From positions 372,001 to 436,000 of the forward strand of contig JAHDYR010000066.1 in assembly GCA_019828565.1 (NCBI GenBank): a stretch of DNA of 64,000 nt, written 5' to 3'. Below the pieces are notes generated by a model, which saw nothing but the letters and a program-made list of their open reading frames with translations, ran no database searches and had not been told where the DNA came from. Positions 1 through 12,356 of this stretch are shown here, in pieces; position 1 is the first letter of the stretch, and each line of letters starts with the position of its first letter. The stretch comes from Carpediemonas membranifera BICM. Its lineage: Eukaryota > Protista > Fornicata. The position numbers and the translations under genes were made by a program.

Positions 1-1696
1 GAGGGCCCACTGCTTCTTGCTGGTGGCGTTCTGGCGCTTCATCTCGAGGGTGACCATGTAACCGCAGGGAAGGATGTAGTTCTTGCCGTAGAGCAGCTTG
101 GTGATGACAGTGGCCCCAGTGTCGGGGTGCTTCCACTCGACCGACTTGCGGGTGATTGAGATGCGGGCCGTCTCGGGCACGTAGATGATCTCCGAGAAGT
201 TACGGTCGAAGCCACAGCCGAGCTCCTCGTCATACTGGATCAGCGTGCCGTAGCGCTCGAGCTGGTCGATGAAGCGGGTCTCGGCGCCCTCGACGCGGGT
301 GTCAGCGGCGAACTCAAGACCCCAGTTATACGTGGCAGCGCAGATGGCGCCACCGGCGTGCTCCTCTTCGGCGAGACCGAAGAAGTTGGCAGAGAACGAG
401 AGCATGGTCTTGACCTCCTTCTGTGTTAGCGTGGGAAAGGGGAGTGGCACAAACCTTGCTGTAGCCGAAGTAGTTGTCCGCGATCAGGGTGACCATCACG
501 CCGTCAGCCGTGCGCGCACACAGCTTGAAGGCGCCGCCGTTGTGGTAGAAGAGCCCCATGCCGCTATCCTCCTCGGACCAGAACATACCGTCCCGCAGCT
601 GGCGCTCGGTGGCCTCGGACTTGTGGGGGAGGCCGGCCTGCTTCTTGGTGACCTTGCGGAGGTGGGGGCAGAGGATGATGCAGCCCGTTGTGCCCGTCCA
701 GTGCTCGATGTCGAGGCCTGCGTCGTTCTCGGGGAGGAATGGATCGCCGGCGTTACCGAAGATCGACTCGACGAAGTCAACGTTGGCGGCGAGGGAGGCG
801 GGGGCGAAGAAGCGGACCTCCATGGTCTTCTCCTGCATGTAGTTGTGGACGCCAGGCTGGACGACGGGGCGGAGGAGGTTTGACACCCAGCAGTGGGCGC
901 GGTCGCCCTTGGGCTGGGTGGAGGAGTAGGGAAGCTCCAGGATGTCCTTCGAGGTCGGGTTGAGGGCGTAGTGGAGCAGGTTGGCGAACGTCTGCTTGGG
1001 AACGGCGATCTTGTCGTCGGGGATGGGGTAGCCGCCCTCGCAAATGTGGAAGACGCCCTTGGTGGTACGCCTGTCGTTGAAGGGGTTGTGCAGCACACCC
1101 TGCTTGACGCGGTAGGACGAGATGTTCTCGTTCTTATACTCATCCCGGTCGATGGGGAGGCAGATCTGGCGGGCGATGCCGGCGCGGTCGCAGATCAGTG
1201 AGCGCTCGGGGAGGTTGACTGAGCCGCATGGCTTGACGTCGGCGAGGTATTTGTCGAGGAAGGACTGGATGCGGCGATCGGCGGGGCATAGGTGGTCGCG
1301 CATGTCGGCCGAGAGGGCTTTGTAGTGGTCGAGGACCATCTGGGCGACGCTGAGGAAACCCTCTGCATCGGAGACGGCGTTGAGCCCGAGGGAGACCAGC
1401 TTCGTGTCGATGATGCTGCGGATGTCGCGCTGGTCCTTCAGGCGCTGCTCAGCCTCGTCGGGCGAGTACTGGGCGAGGGCGCGGGCACGGTTGTACTCTG
1501 GGGACATGGAGTGGTGGAAGCTGCTGTCCGCAAGGCGCTGCTTGTTGCCGCTAACGCCAAGGAACGGATGGGGGTGGAAGTCGTGGTTGGACGTGGGCGT
1601 TCCGGCTGTATCGGGAAGAAGATCCAGGCTGGAAGCGCGCTTTCTCATACCAGGCGTATTTCTCATAGTATGTGCTTGTTCAGAGGATTTTGACAT
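1..1696 (-). CDS. PPi-dependent phosphoenolpyruvate carboxykinase (PPi-PEPCK); 3' part runs off the window; intron 421-454
   Basis: Motifs KQGVLHNPFNDRRTTKGVFHI and DFVESIFGNAGDP. Splicing the 34-nt intron GTTTGT...GCTAACACAG gives ADNYFGYSKKEVKTMLSFSANFFGLAEEEHAGGA, typical of PPi-PEPCK. First ATG at 1696. Confidence 0.88.
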
Positions 1697-2113
1697 GATC
1701 CTGAACTTTGTAGCCTCTTGCTGAGCTTTGATGTCTGTTGATCGTGGTCGATTTGGGCAAGATCTAAACGCAAGAAGCAAGTTGTATCAAAGTCACAGCG
1801 ATACTGTATCAGCATCCGCGATCAAATGCGATTTTGGTTGATCCGGTGTCTCATGCCGCGGGCCGAGGCCCTCCCACGCTCAGAGCACTTGATGAAAACT
1901 ACCATATCTTCGGATCCGATCTCGAATTCGCGCCAATCGTCGGCCAGGCTTGAGGCTGCGCAGCTCCGAACATATTCCCCGCATGATGCATTTCTGCAGT
2001 TCCGGGTGCGTTTGATTCGAGCAAAATCAACGATGCATATCAAAGTGCAATTGAGTCGATTTTGATGGAATCTGCATTTTTCAATCAAAGTAGGTTTAGA
2101 GAGATTACGATAT

Positions 2114-3358
2114 TCAAGCATCAACAAACACCGCCATCACCACGGCTGACGGCACCAGCGCCTCCGACTCCAGCGTCCCCGTTCGGCCCACAGGCCCGCG
2201 CCCCGGCACTCGGAGCTCGAGCTGCTTTCCAGCGGGCACAGGAGCCAGCCGCTCACACGCCTTGTACAGCCGGCCGACCGGGGCGGCATACGGGAGGGTC
2301 AGGACGTGGTTGCCGGTGGGCAGCCGGGCCCGGATGGTTGCGAGCGGGCCGGTGCTGGTGAGGTCGTCCTCGTCGTCGGATGCCACCAGCGGCGGGGCAG
2401 GCTCATCGTTGACGGGTTCGACCAACATGTCTCCGATCTCCTCGCGGACCGGCACGACGACCCCGTTCCGGATGATGGATGCCGGGAGCCGGGCCATGAA
2501 CTCCTCCTTCGTCACCCTGCCCTCTGTCCGCTGCACCCGGCGCCCCTCGCCGTCAGTGACCCACTCGTCCTTCGGGTTGATCCGGCCCTTGGACTCCTCG
2601 ACGTTGGCAGGGACCGCAGCCTGCCCCTTGCCGAGTATGTTCCCCCGCCCCTTGAACGACGGCGACGAGGGCGCCTCCTTGTACGACCGCAGGGTGTCAG
2701 GATCCATGGCGTCGTCCGGGAATAGCTGGTAGTCGAACAGCGTCCCGTCAGGGTACTTCTCCTTCAGCTCGGACGGGAAGTATCCGTCCATGAGGTCCCC
2801 AATGAAGGCGAGGCCGTCGTCTGCGTATGGCCTGAACGGACCTGTGTTGATGATGAAGCCGTTCACGTAGAACCGGATCTTAAGGCCTTTGCTCGGCACA
2901 AGCCGCTTCTCCTTGCTCGACCCGACCTGCTCAAACTCCATCTGCCCGCCCCCAGCCCGGGCAACGGCGTCGTTCAGCGCCCTGAGCTTCAATCCGAGCG
3001 TGATGAAGTCGGGATTGGACAGGTCGATGTCGCCCTTGTCCCCACCGACCCAGACCAGCCCGTAGTCCCGCAGGAAGACCTCCATCTCCCCGACTTGGTC
3101 CTTCAGCTTGGCGTTGTCCCTCTGCAGGGACGCCAGCAACTGCTCAGTGCCATCAGCGGTCTCAACGCGAATCTTGAGAACCTCGTTCTCACGGCGAAGA
3201 CGAGCGAGGGCGTCGTTCTGCTGACGGACAACCTCATCCCGCTTTTTGATGGCCGCTTCGAGCTGCCGTAACTTTGAGGTCATCATCGTGAGCAAGTCTG
3301 CGTCGTTCCCATGCTTGGGAGCCGAAGAGCGTGCAGGAGCGCCACGTCCAACCGACAT
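2114..3358 (-). CDS. UBXN11-like SEP + UBX domain protein (p97 adaptor)
   Basis: Coiled coil, ME.FL.DYGLVWVG, SEP-like FYVNGF..GPFRPY and DGYFPSELKEKYPDG, C-terminal ubiquitin-like fold. Confidence 0.75.
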   Translation of the reverse strand: MSVGRGAPARSSAPKHGNDADLLTMMTSKLRQLEAAIKKRDEVVRQQNDALARLRRENEVLKIRVETADGTEQLLASLQRDNAKLKDQVGEMEVFLRDYGLVWVGGDKGDIDLSNPDFITLGLKLRALNDAVARAGGGQMEFEQVGSSKEKRLVPSKGLKIRFYVNGFIINTGPFRPYADDGLAFIGDLMDGYFPSELKEKYPDGTLFDYQLFPDDAMDPDTLRSYKEAPSSPSFKGRGNILGKGQAAVPANVEESKGRINPKDEWVTDGEGRRVQRTEGRVTKEEFMARLPASIIRNGVVVPVREEIGDMLVEPVNDEPAPPLVASDDEDDLTSTGPLATIRARLPTGNHVLTLPYAAPVGRLYKACERLAPVPAGKQLELRVPGRGPVGRTGTLESEALVPSAVVMAVFVDA

Positions 3359-3718
3359 CTCCCTGAATACAGCATCTGAAACTGCGTGAGTGGCGAGTTG
3401 AGGCAAAATTGAAACAAACTCATCGAATCGAACCCGGCTGGAAGCGCAGGCTTCCTATGTGCAGTTGTAGCTTGATTAATGTTCTTGACAGGCTTATCAA
3501 CCGGCGGTGGCTGTCCAAAAGGCATCGGCGGTGCTGTTGCGATATTTTGTCGGATTTGCGCAAAAATTCTGGGGACGAGAACGGGTGAGCTGGCAAGGAG
3601 CACGGGGTTCCTAGCCGTCTGCCCAGCACTTCAAAGAGCTGTTCAAAATTTTGTCAGGTCAAAATCCAACAACAGCAACGACGGTCGATTCCTCTCCAGG
3701 ACACCGACGCAGACCTAT

Positions 3719-6444
3719 GGATGCTGTAACACTAGTTTCATCGAATATGCTTGACAGCAGCAGTCTCTCTTACATTCGCAGGCTCTTCCAGCATGTAGGA
3801 TCGCTAACTTGCTCTGAATTCGTCCTTCTGATGTTTAGCGTCATCAGACGGCCAAAGAAAGGGCATGATCTCACCATCAACCGCCTCATTGCGACCTTTG
3901 AGGTGATTGACCGGCACTTTGAGGGCACCATCGACTGGGCCGACTTCTCGTCCTTCCTGATACACCCGTCCAGGGCCATGAACGAGCGCGATAGGACCCC
4001 AGTCATGTTCGACGACCCCACCGATACACCCATGCAGCATTTGAATGGCATGGAGATGGCGGTGCTCCACCAAGACCGCCTGCTGCTGTGCGGCCCGGAC
4101 GAGCCCGTCACAGCGTTCCACCCGCGGACACACCTGCTGAAGAAGCTGCCTAAGCGCCACACAGCCGCTGTGCTGTACATGATATCGATCCCACCACCCA
4201 TCGACCGGCTACTGACCTTTGCCGCGGACAACACGGTCTGCATCTGGGAGGGAACGTCGCTCCAGTTCCTGGCGTACGGCTACACCGACGCCACGGTCTC
4301 CTCGGCCGCATACACGCCCGCGATGGGCCCGTACGACCACCAGTTGTACGTCGGCCTGGCTGACGGCCGCCTGGCGATCTACACCCTCACTGCCCCCCTC
4401 ATGCAGTGGCCCAAGCCTAGGCTGTCGCGGCCCCACTCCGACATTGTCTCGGCCATCCTGCCCGTGCCCGAGGTCGGCCTGATCTTCACCGCGTCCTTCG
4501 ACACGACCATCGTCGGCACAGACCCTGTCAAGCTTGACTCCAGACTCCAAGGCAAGGGTCACGTCAGGGCTGTTGCGGACCTCAAGTTCAACAGTGTGCA
4601 GCGTGTCCTTGTCAGCTGCGGCATGGATAGGTCCGTGCATGTGTGGAACGCCCTCAGTCTGCTCAGGGTTGCTACTCTCACCTCGGATTTCAACGTGGCC
4701 GCCATATTCAGCGTCCCCGAGTCGCCCATCGTCGTTGGGGTCGACTACGGCTGCGGTATCCGCATGTGGGACCTCCAGTCGGGCGGTTTGGTGCAGTCCC
4801 AGCAGTCTCTGAGCCTGGGCTTCTCCTGGGCCGTCCTGGACCATCCCAGGGCCCTCATCGTGGGGGCCGGGCCGACTGTTATCGAGTACACCTATACAGC
4901 CACGACCACCGTCGACCAGGCGGCCTCCACCATCGTCTCCGCCGTGCACCTCACCGAGGACGGGTCCCGTCTGTTCGTAGGCCATGGTGAGTCCGTCTCC
5001 ATGTGGGACAGCGGCGTCATGGGCGGCGAGTTCATGGTACCCGGCATAGTCACCGCCCTTGTCGGCACCGTGCATTCTAGGACGTTGTTCGTCGCGACAG
5101 AGCGCGCTGTGTCTGAATACTCCATCCCCCAGGCCTCCCTGACGCCGTGGTTGGCCGTCAAGGGCACCCAGAAGATGTTCTGGGTTGAATCGACCAAGGC
5201 GGTGTGGGTCTGCTCGGCGCACACGTCCAGCCTGTACCCCGTCGGAAAGAAGTCCGCTCTTGTCACTGTCTGGTATGTGTCCCGCCGGCCATGGTGCGGC
5301 CGACTGCCCGTGTCCTGTCGCGTAACCCCGGCGCATACTCCCTTTACACAGCTCCACCGGCCCCTCGGCCTTTGTTGAGGTCAGCGATACCCTTTTCGTA
5401 TCCACAGATTCCACGGTCGAGGCCGTCTCAGCGCTCGGCCGTCGAGTGGGCTCCGTTGTCATGCCCGGCCCGGTCACCGCGATGGTGGGGTCGCCCGACT
5501 CCGACGTCATCTACATCCTCAGCGGGCTCGTCGTCTACGCCCTGCACGCCAGCTGTCTGCTGCCCCTGACCGTCAGGCCGCTGTCTCGCGTGCCTGCATC
5601 CCCGATTATGGTCACGATGGACCCGCACCTTTTCATCCTCGGCGAGGGCGGTGTCTTGAGGATGCCGCTCGAGAGCGACTACGACCGGGCCGACGACTGG
5701 TCGAAGAGGGCTACGGGGTCAAGCATCCTACAGCCACCAGTCGTCGAGTCTGAGGTGCCCGGGGCAATGCTTGTGACCCGCAGAGTAGGTCCGGCACCGG
5801 AGCTAGGCGGACTGGCCCCTGACCTCCATGTTCACAGAGCTATCGCGGAGGCCGTCGACGTCGGAGCCGATCCGATCACTTGCGTCCACTCTGTGAGCGG
5901 TGTGGCTGTCTTTGGCACGTTTGGCGGCTCTGTGCGTTACCTCCAGCGGGAGACGTATCTGTCCCGACTCTCTCCAACCAGTTGCCCCAAGCCGGAGCCG
6001 ACCAAGCGGTGGGCCAAGCGGTCGTACAAGACACTGGGCAGCATCCATAAGGACATGAAGACGCTGGCGCCCCAAGTCACCGACAGGGTCAAACCTGTCC
6101 TAAAACTGCTCGATGATACGATCAAGCGGCACTACGTCCGGGACCCGATCCCCTTCACCCTCTGGGCGGATAGAACCATGGACGAGACGACGCGGCAGAA
6201 GCGGCAGCAGGTGTTTGCTGAGGCCCACCGTGGTCTGGGGATTGAACCAGTTACTGCGAGGTCAGCGCGAGGAGGAACGTCTCTCGCACGCATCCACCTG
6301 CCCGAGACGAAGCTGGCTGATAAGCAGGCGCACACCTCGTCGAGCAAGGCCGTCCGGGACATCCTGACGAGGTCCCAGAAGTACCAGCATAAGGTACACG
6401 CCAACGTGGTGTCGCGGACAGCCGACTATATTCGGCACCGGTAG
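3719..6444 (+). CDS. EF-hand + WD40 repeat protein (WDR49/EFCAB8-like); intron 5273-5351
   Basis: EF-hand-like IDRHFEGTIDWADF and several WD repeats. The 79-nt intron GTATGT...TTTACACAG joins the 3651 and 5446 ORFs in frame. Confidence 0.7.
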
Positions 6445-6518
6445 GCCACTTGGTGTGTGTAGGTACAGGAAATATACATGCAGCAGCGCATATTAATACA
6501 TGAACATAAATCAAGTGT

Positions 6519-8182
6519 TTACTCCTTGAGGGAGCCGCGCTCGCGCATCATGGGCATGACGCGGTTCTCAAGACGCATGTTGGTCTCGATGGGGAGGCCG
6601 GCGACGCAGCGGAGGATGTTCTCGAGGCAGGCACGCTGGGCGGGGAGGGCGTTGATGATGGGGGTCTGGTCGGGGACGCGGGGGGCCTTGCAGAAGAAGG
6701 AGATGGTGTTCATGACGGGGTGGAAGTTCTCCCACTCGCCGTTGGGCTCGCGGACCTCGAGACGGCCGAGCATCTCGCCGCAGAGGGCCATGTCCATGAT
6801 GATGGGGGCCGCCAGGAGGGAGTCCTCGCACGTGTTGTGGAGGACGATGGTGTTCTTGCCGCGCATGAAGATCTCGGAGGTGTACTCGTCCATGGCGCGC
6901 TTGGAGTCGCCGACGTACTTGAGGTACTTGATGACGATGCAGTGGTCGGGCTTCTCGATCTCGCCGGGGCGCTTGTAAAGGATGTCGTTGGAGGCAACGA
7001 TGTCGTCAACGACGTTGGCCTTGGTGATCTCCTTGCTGCGGAACTGGGCGGGGGAGGAGAGGTTGAGGCCGTCGTTGTTGCCCAGATGGTTGTAGGAGGC
7101 GATGCAGGTGGGCTTGATGCCCGAGGAGACGAGGAAGTCGGTGAGGACAGACTTCATCTTGGTCTGGCCAGACTTGAAGTCGTCGCCGCCGATCATGGAG
7201 CGGTTGCGGACGGCGTACTCGATGACGCCGGGGACGAGGGTGTTCTGGGGGGAGCCGTTGATGAAGGTGACCTTCTCCTCGATGGCAGCGATGGCGAAGA
7301 GGCTGGAGGGGGCGATGTGCTTGCTCTTCTCGGCGTCCTTGAGGGAGGCGAGGAGCTCGGCCTCGGTGGTGTTGACGCCCTCGATGATGGGGGCGAAGCA
7401 CTCGGTGTTGGCGGTCCAGAGGACGACGATCTTCTCGAGGTTGTTCTCCTCCTTGAACTTGCGCATCTGGGCCTTGATGACCTCGACGTACCAGCGGCGG
7501 CCGGTGGTGTCGACCTCCTCGCCGAGCATCTCCTTGGCGTACTCAGCGGTGATGACGTTGTTGGCGCGGTCCTCCTGGTTGGCGGCGACGAAGTTGATGT
7601 CGAAGACGGAGGGCATGGGGGTGATGTTCTCCATGTAGGGGCGGAGCTTGTGCTGCAGGGTCACGTCGAGGACGGCGGCCTTCTGCATAGCGGCGTACAT
7701 GTTGTCGTTGTTGATGTCCCAGCCACCGAGCATGAACTGGTCGGGGTTCTTGGGGTCAACGAAGGGGACGAGGCTGCGGAAGGGAGCATAGACGTCCTCG
7801 CCGGCGTGGGTGGTGCCGAGACGGACAGTGGAGCTCTCTATCATGGAGCCGAAGAAGTTGGGGTTGCAGACGCCGTCCTTGCGCTCCCAGGTGATGTTGT
7901 GCTGGTTGGCAAGAAGGCCACCGAGAAGAGTGGAGCCGTTGGAGCCACCGAAGCCGACAAGCATGAGGCCGGTCTTGGGGGCGTGCTGGCTGATGCGGAT
8001 CTCAAGCTCCTTGTGGGTAGGAGTGACAACGGCGTGGCCGTCCTTCATCTCAACCTCGGTGTTGTTGTAGACGAACCTAGAGTAAGAAAAATGGGAGCCT
8101 GAAAGCGGCAAACAACATACTTAGAGGTCTTGTAATCAGTAGTATCAGCCTTACCGGCAACGGAGAAAGTATCCACGAGCAT
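6519..8182 (-). CDS. INO1: myo-inositol-1-phosphate synthase; intron 8077-8120
   Basis: GFGGSNGS, LWTANTE, NGSPQNT, GDDFKSGQTK and SYNHLGNNDG motifs. A 44-nt intron (GTATGT...CTTACTCTAG) gives the N-terminus MLVDTFSVAGKADTTDYKTSKFVYN. Confidence 0.95.
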
Positions 8183-8564
8183 TGGTGTTTGCGCTTCGCT
8201 GGACCGACTCCGCCACAGTCGCATTGTTGGATCAGTTTCGAACGATGATGGGCGGGCATTCCTCGTGTCTCCGTGGTCGCCAACAAAGCTCATCCCCGGT
8301 CACCGCGCTCAGTGCCGCCTAATTGGGTCGAGACATCACTGTTTAGTAGAAGATTGAAGTGGGAACTGAACATTGGAAGAGTTGGCCTGGTGATGGGCGG
8401 AATGAGAGGGCACGCCTTGCTGAACCCTGGTTCTCTCACCGTGCACGGTCTTCCACAGACTGAGGTTGGATCAATTTGACTGCCGGCCAGATGACATATG
8501 ATCGAATATAAGGCAAAGTGAGTCTGTTTTACACTGTTGTACATTCTTTTGGCACTGCTACGCG

Positions 8565-8879
8565 TTAAATGCGGCTGCTGCCTGGTTCAGCACGGCTTCG
8601 ATGTCGGATGATGCGCACTGTTCGTGAAACCTGAGAAATGATCTCGATATATCGATGATGAATTTCGGTAATTATTCCTTGTAAACGCTGACTATGGTCC
8701 CGAATTGTCTTTTTGTCATTTCTCTTACTAGCTATCCGGCGTCTTCTGAGACTTTCGTCGCATATCTGCTCTACGAGCATCTCATTTTCTTTCAACTCCC
8801 GCATGTAGCGATCGAGTTCAACTTTTGCTCTGTTGAGCATGCAAATCTTGCGCTGCAAGGTCTGTTTGTGCTCATCCAT
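8565..8879 (-). CDS. small hypothetical coiled-coil protein
   Basis: ATG-initiated 104-aa ORF with heptad character; no recognised motif. Confidence 0.4.
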   Translation of the reverse strand: MDEHKQTLQRKICMLNRAKVELDRYMRELKENEMLVEQICDESLRRRRIASKRNDKKTIRDHSQRLQGIITEIHHRYIEIISQVSRTVRIIRHRSRAEPGSSRI

Positions 8880-9026
8880 GAGCTGTCACGGTGCAGAATA
8901 AGGTTCATCATGCTCTGCCCGTCTATCCATGCATGAACAGTGTAGAGATGTGAGTTCGAGTGTGGGTGCGTCTCACGGAGGCCAGTCAACCGCAAGAATG
9001 TCATCCGGACCTGACAACCAATAGTC

Positions 9027-9455
9027 ATGGCAGAAGTCGAAAGCTCGATGAACCATCCAAACGAATCCGACAAAGAGAGCGAAGAGCTCGCGCAGAAGCT
9101 ATTCCTCGAAGAGATACTGAATGCGTACGGCGGTGACCTCTCACAACTGTCCAAGGACGAACTTGAGCTCGCCTGGTCGCTTGGCGTGGATCTCAGCGCG
9201 AATCCGCCACCATCTCGCACAATAATCAGTCCTGAGAGCATCAGGACCGCCTTTGAGGGCATAGGTCGCCGTGTCCGCGGAGCAGGGGCCAAGGTCATCG
9301 GCGTCGTCGCCCCCACAGAGGTGCCCGCTGCACCTACCCGCGTTAATGATGGAGAAAGTCATGCCCGACAGCCTCTGAAGGACGGAACTCCATCGGCCGG
9401 TAGCCAGTGGCCGGCACAGGACGGGCTGGGACAGGGACTGCGGCGGAGGAGATAA
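9027..9455 (+). CDS. hypothetical protein
   Basis: 142-aa ATG ORF between other genes, acidic N-terminus; no recognised motif. Confidence 0.45.
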   Translation: MAEVESSMNHPNESDKESEELAQKLFLEEILNAYGGDLSQLSKDELELAWSLGVDLSANPPPSRTIISPESIRTAFEGIGRRVRGAGAKVIGVVAPTEVPAAPTRVNDGESHARQPLKDGTPSAGSQWPAQDGLGQGLRRRR

Positions 9456-9513
9456 GCCGGCGGCATTTACTGCAGCCATGTAGCACCGTCGTCATCCATA
9501 AAGAATAGACGCC

Positions 9514-10056
9514 TCAGCGTCTTCCCCGAATCATTCCATCGATGTCCTTTGCGGCGGAAGTTTCGATCTTGCCCGCCGTGGTCTCGAAGAAGCTGGGCAG
9601 GTCGACGCCGTGCCTCCGTTCGTAGTCCGCTGCCTGGCTGATCATCTCGAGCTTGTCTAGGTCCTTGACGAAACGGGCCTCTGGGGTCGCATGCTCCTCG
9701 TACTCCTGGAACAGGCCAACAAGGTCGAGACTGTCGCCAACCAAAGCTTGGAATGACTCCATCGCCTTCAACTCACGCTGGTGCTTGTCGAGCTCGTCGA
9801 CACCGTCGAATGGCGTGATATCGCCCACAACACTCTCTGCCAAGTCATGAACGAGCGCCATCTTGATGCAACGGGTAACATCCAGCCCTGGATGCTGAGT
9901 TCCAAGGACCATGGCGAGAAAGGCGACACTAAAGCTGTGATCCGCAACACTCTCGGGGTTTGGGACGCCAGAATTCACCCAGCCTGTTCTTGGTACGTGC
10001 TTCAGATCATGCAGCTGCTGAATAAACCTAAAAACGCCTTCTGCACCCTCAAACAT
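9514..10056 (-). CDS. HDDC2: HD-domain 5'-deoxynucleotidase, HDDC2/YfbR-like
   Basis: LK.VPRTGWV, ESVADHS, ALVHDLAES.VGDITP, VKDLDKLEM..QA..YE. Confidence 0.9.
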   Translation of the reverse strand: MFEGAEGVFRFIQQLHDLKHVPRTGWVNSGVPNPESVADHSFSVAFLAMVLGTQHPGLDVTRCIKMALVHDLAESVVGDITPFDGVDELDKHQRELKAMESFQALVGDSLDLVGLFQEYEEHATPEARFVKDLDKLEMISQAADYERRHGVDLPSFFETTAGKIETSAAKDIDGMIRGRR

Positions 10057-10216
10057 CCGATTCGCGTTTTATGTCACATGCTGTGTCAAATCTGACAATT
10101 GGAGGAATCTGACAACATCATCGGAGTTCGTCAGCGTTTGTTCGCCAGTTTGATCGACATCACCAAAGCTAAGATTTATGAACAATGCGAAAAGAAATAC
10201 CCTATGCGACGATGGC

Positions 10217-11974
10217 TCAGAATGGTTTGCCGACCGTTGATCTAGTGGAGATGACGCCCCTTGTTGTCAGCGACGATGGCGTCCCTGATGCTATCTGCAG
10301 CGGCGCCACTGTGCGGCTGAAGGGCACGCTGGGCGTCCTCGAGTATGGCCGCCCCATCGCACTCATCGGCCTAGGGGTGGTCGACGCCAGCGCCATTGCT
10401 CGTCTCTGCGCCGTCCGCGCGGAATCCGGCCTTGCCCCAACTGTCATGGACATTGACCGCGGTGTGGCTGGACCCGGTGAAGCTGCCAGGCGGGGGGTGC
10501 TCGCAAGGCTGGGCGTCATCCGGCCCTGAGTGGGAAGTGCTCGGGCCGGCGTCCGGGTCACCGTGCGGGGTGTCTGCCTCGGAGTCATCGGTTGGCTGGC
10601 AGCGGGGGTGGCGTGACCGTGCCCCGCCAGCGCTGAGAGCCGCTGGGTAGCATACCGCACAAGGACTGGGACGTACCAATCAAATGATTCGAATGTCAGA
10701 CGGACGGCTGGGAAGATGGCCACCGTCCGCTTCTGGTCGGCGATAAATGGCAGGTATTCGGCAACCTTGGTGATGTCACGGACGCCAAGCTTGTCCGACG
10801 CCATCTGCTTCGCCGTCATTGTGGACAGCGGCGTGGCTGAAGGCGGTGGCGGACGCTGGGGCGAGGCGCCCTGCATCGGTGTCGCCCGGAGGAAACGGCG
10901 GAAGCGGTCTGCCGCGAGCAGCCTGTCCCGTCCAATGTCGGCAGCGAGGGCGAGGAGATACTGGCCGACGATGGTGGCGTTCTTCTCGTTCGTTGGAATC
11001 GACTCCAACCTCGATGCTGCGTCCGGTCTGGCCACGCCTCTGGCCAATTCCAGGGCAACCGACATGATGACCTTCACGGCATCCAGCTCCTTGGGAAGCG
11101 ACTGGTATGCGACGAGAGCCGCCGCGAAGTTCCCGCTAATCTCGTGGGACACCGCCGTGTTGACGGCCAGCGGCAGCAGCATCGCGTGTTCGGTCCCGAA
11201 GTGGTGGCTCTGCTGCAAACAGTCCTTGAATATCGCTGCGGCGTCAGCAGGCCTGGCGTTCCCCAGGAGTACGAAGGCCTGGTGGGCCCTCAGGGGGACG
11301 GCCAGCGCCTCTGGAGGCTGCCCCGGTATGCAGTGGGAGAGCACCTCGCGGGCCTTGTCCAGGTGCTCTGTCATGCGGGCGATGTCCAACCTGTGGATGC
11401 CACACAGGACCATGTGAATGTGGAAGGGCAGCAGGGTCGCCTCGTAGCCCGGTGGGATCCGGTCAAGCGCACGGGTCGCGCAGATCATCGCCTTCTCTGG
11501 CTGGTGAAGTGCCATGTGGCACACCGCTCGGTGGTACCATCCCGCGGGAATGTCGGGGTTGGCGGGCTCACCAAAGGCCTGGATCGACGCACGCTGGAAG
11601 TTACCGAAAAGGTGGAGCGCCTGGGTGAACATCTTATGGTCCATGAGATGCCGGGCACTTATGTACGCCGTGTTGCTGGCTGTGACGGGGTCGAGCTCCT
11701 GTCCTTCATCTAGGGCATAACGCCGAAGATTCCCTCGAATCGAAAAACAACCCTTAAGGAACTGCGTCCGCCGTTCCCGGGATACTGTTTGGCATTCACG
11801 CGAGTGACGCTTCCAGCTCTGCGCGGCGTGCTCTTCACAGCAGTAAAACACCTTGAAGCACCGGAAACACTGAACAGAGACATCGGTGGACCCACAGCTT
11901 TCACATTCGATAACTACTGGTTCCTCTGTGTCTCTAGATTGCCCCCTTTTCTTCGGTGGGGCGCTAATTGGCAT
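10217..11974 (-). CDS. MYND zinc-finger + TPR-like protein
   Basis: CESC..QCFRCFKVFYCCEEHAAQSWKRHSREC is a MYND finger, followed by helical repeats and a low-complexity tail. Confidence 0.7.
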   Translation of the reverse strand: MPISAPPKKRGQSRDTEEPVVIECESCGSTDVSVQCFRCFKVFYCCEEHAAQSWKRHSRECQTVSRERRTQFLKGCFSIRGNLRRYALDEGQELDPVTASNTAYISARHLMDHKMFTQALHLFGNFQRASIQAFGEPANPDIPAGWYHRAVCHMALHQPEKAMICATRALDRIPPGYEATLLPFHIHMVLCGIHRLDIARMTEHLDKAREVLSHCIPGQPPEALAVPLRAHQAFVLLGNARPADAAAIFKDCLQQSHHFGTEHAMLLPLAVNTAVSHEISGNFAAALVAYQSLPKELDAVKVIMSVALELARGVARPDAASRLESIPTNEKNATIVGQYLLALAADIGRDRLLAADRFRRFLRATPMQGASPQRPPPPSATPLSTMTAKQMASDKLGVRDITKVAEYLPFIADQKRTVAIFPAVRLTFESFDWYVPVLVRYATQRLSALAGHGHATPAASQPMTPRQTPRTVTRTPARALPTQGRMTPSLASTPRLAASPGPATPRSMSMTVGARPDSARTAQRRAMALASTTPRPMSAMGRPYSRTPSVPFSRTVAPLQIASGTPSSLTTRGVISTRSTVGKPF

Positions 11975-12356
11975 TATACACAAGAGAAATTCAGAATTTT
12001 CGCTGAGCGAATCTGTTTCTGATCGGCAAAATATCCCAATCTTTCCACATCAAGGCGAGGAACCCTTGTGTGTCTTTCTCGTCCTCTACTACTTCTTGGA
12101 ACTGGATGACATTGGCGAGTCCCCCCTTCCGGTCATTACCGGCCAACATCGCGATGGCGATCTTCATATGACGTGCTTTACAACTGAACGGACCATGGCC
12201 ACATGGGATGGGACCATGGGGGCTGGGATCCCCAGTAATGTAATCGCCATTCGACAGATCAATTGATCAGACGACGAGACATGGCGGACCGGGGAGTCCA
12301 GAGCCATCCTTGTTGGTGGCACCAAACTGTCTACTACGACTCTCCGCGCATCCCAG

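Noticed and set aside
6720-8102. Long antisense ORFs (also 16396-17331, 34844-36361, 50426-52381, 58854-60245)
   Set aside because: Shadows of real genes caused by strong GC3 codon bias; no independent motifs
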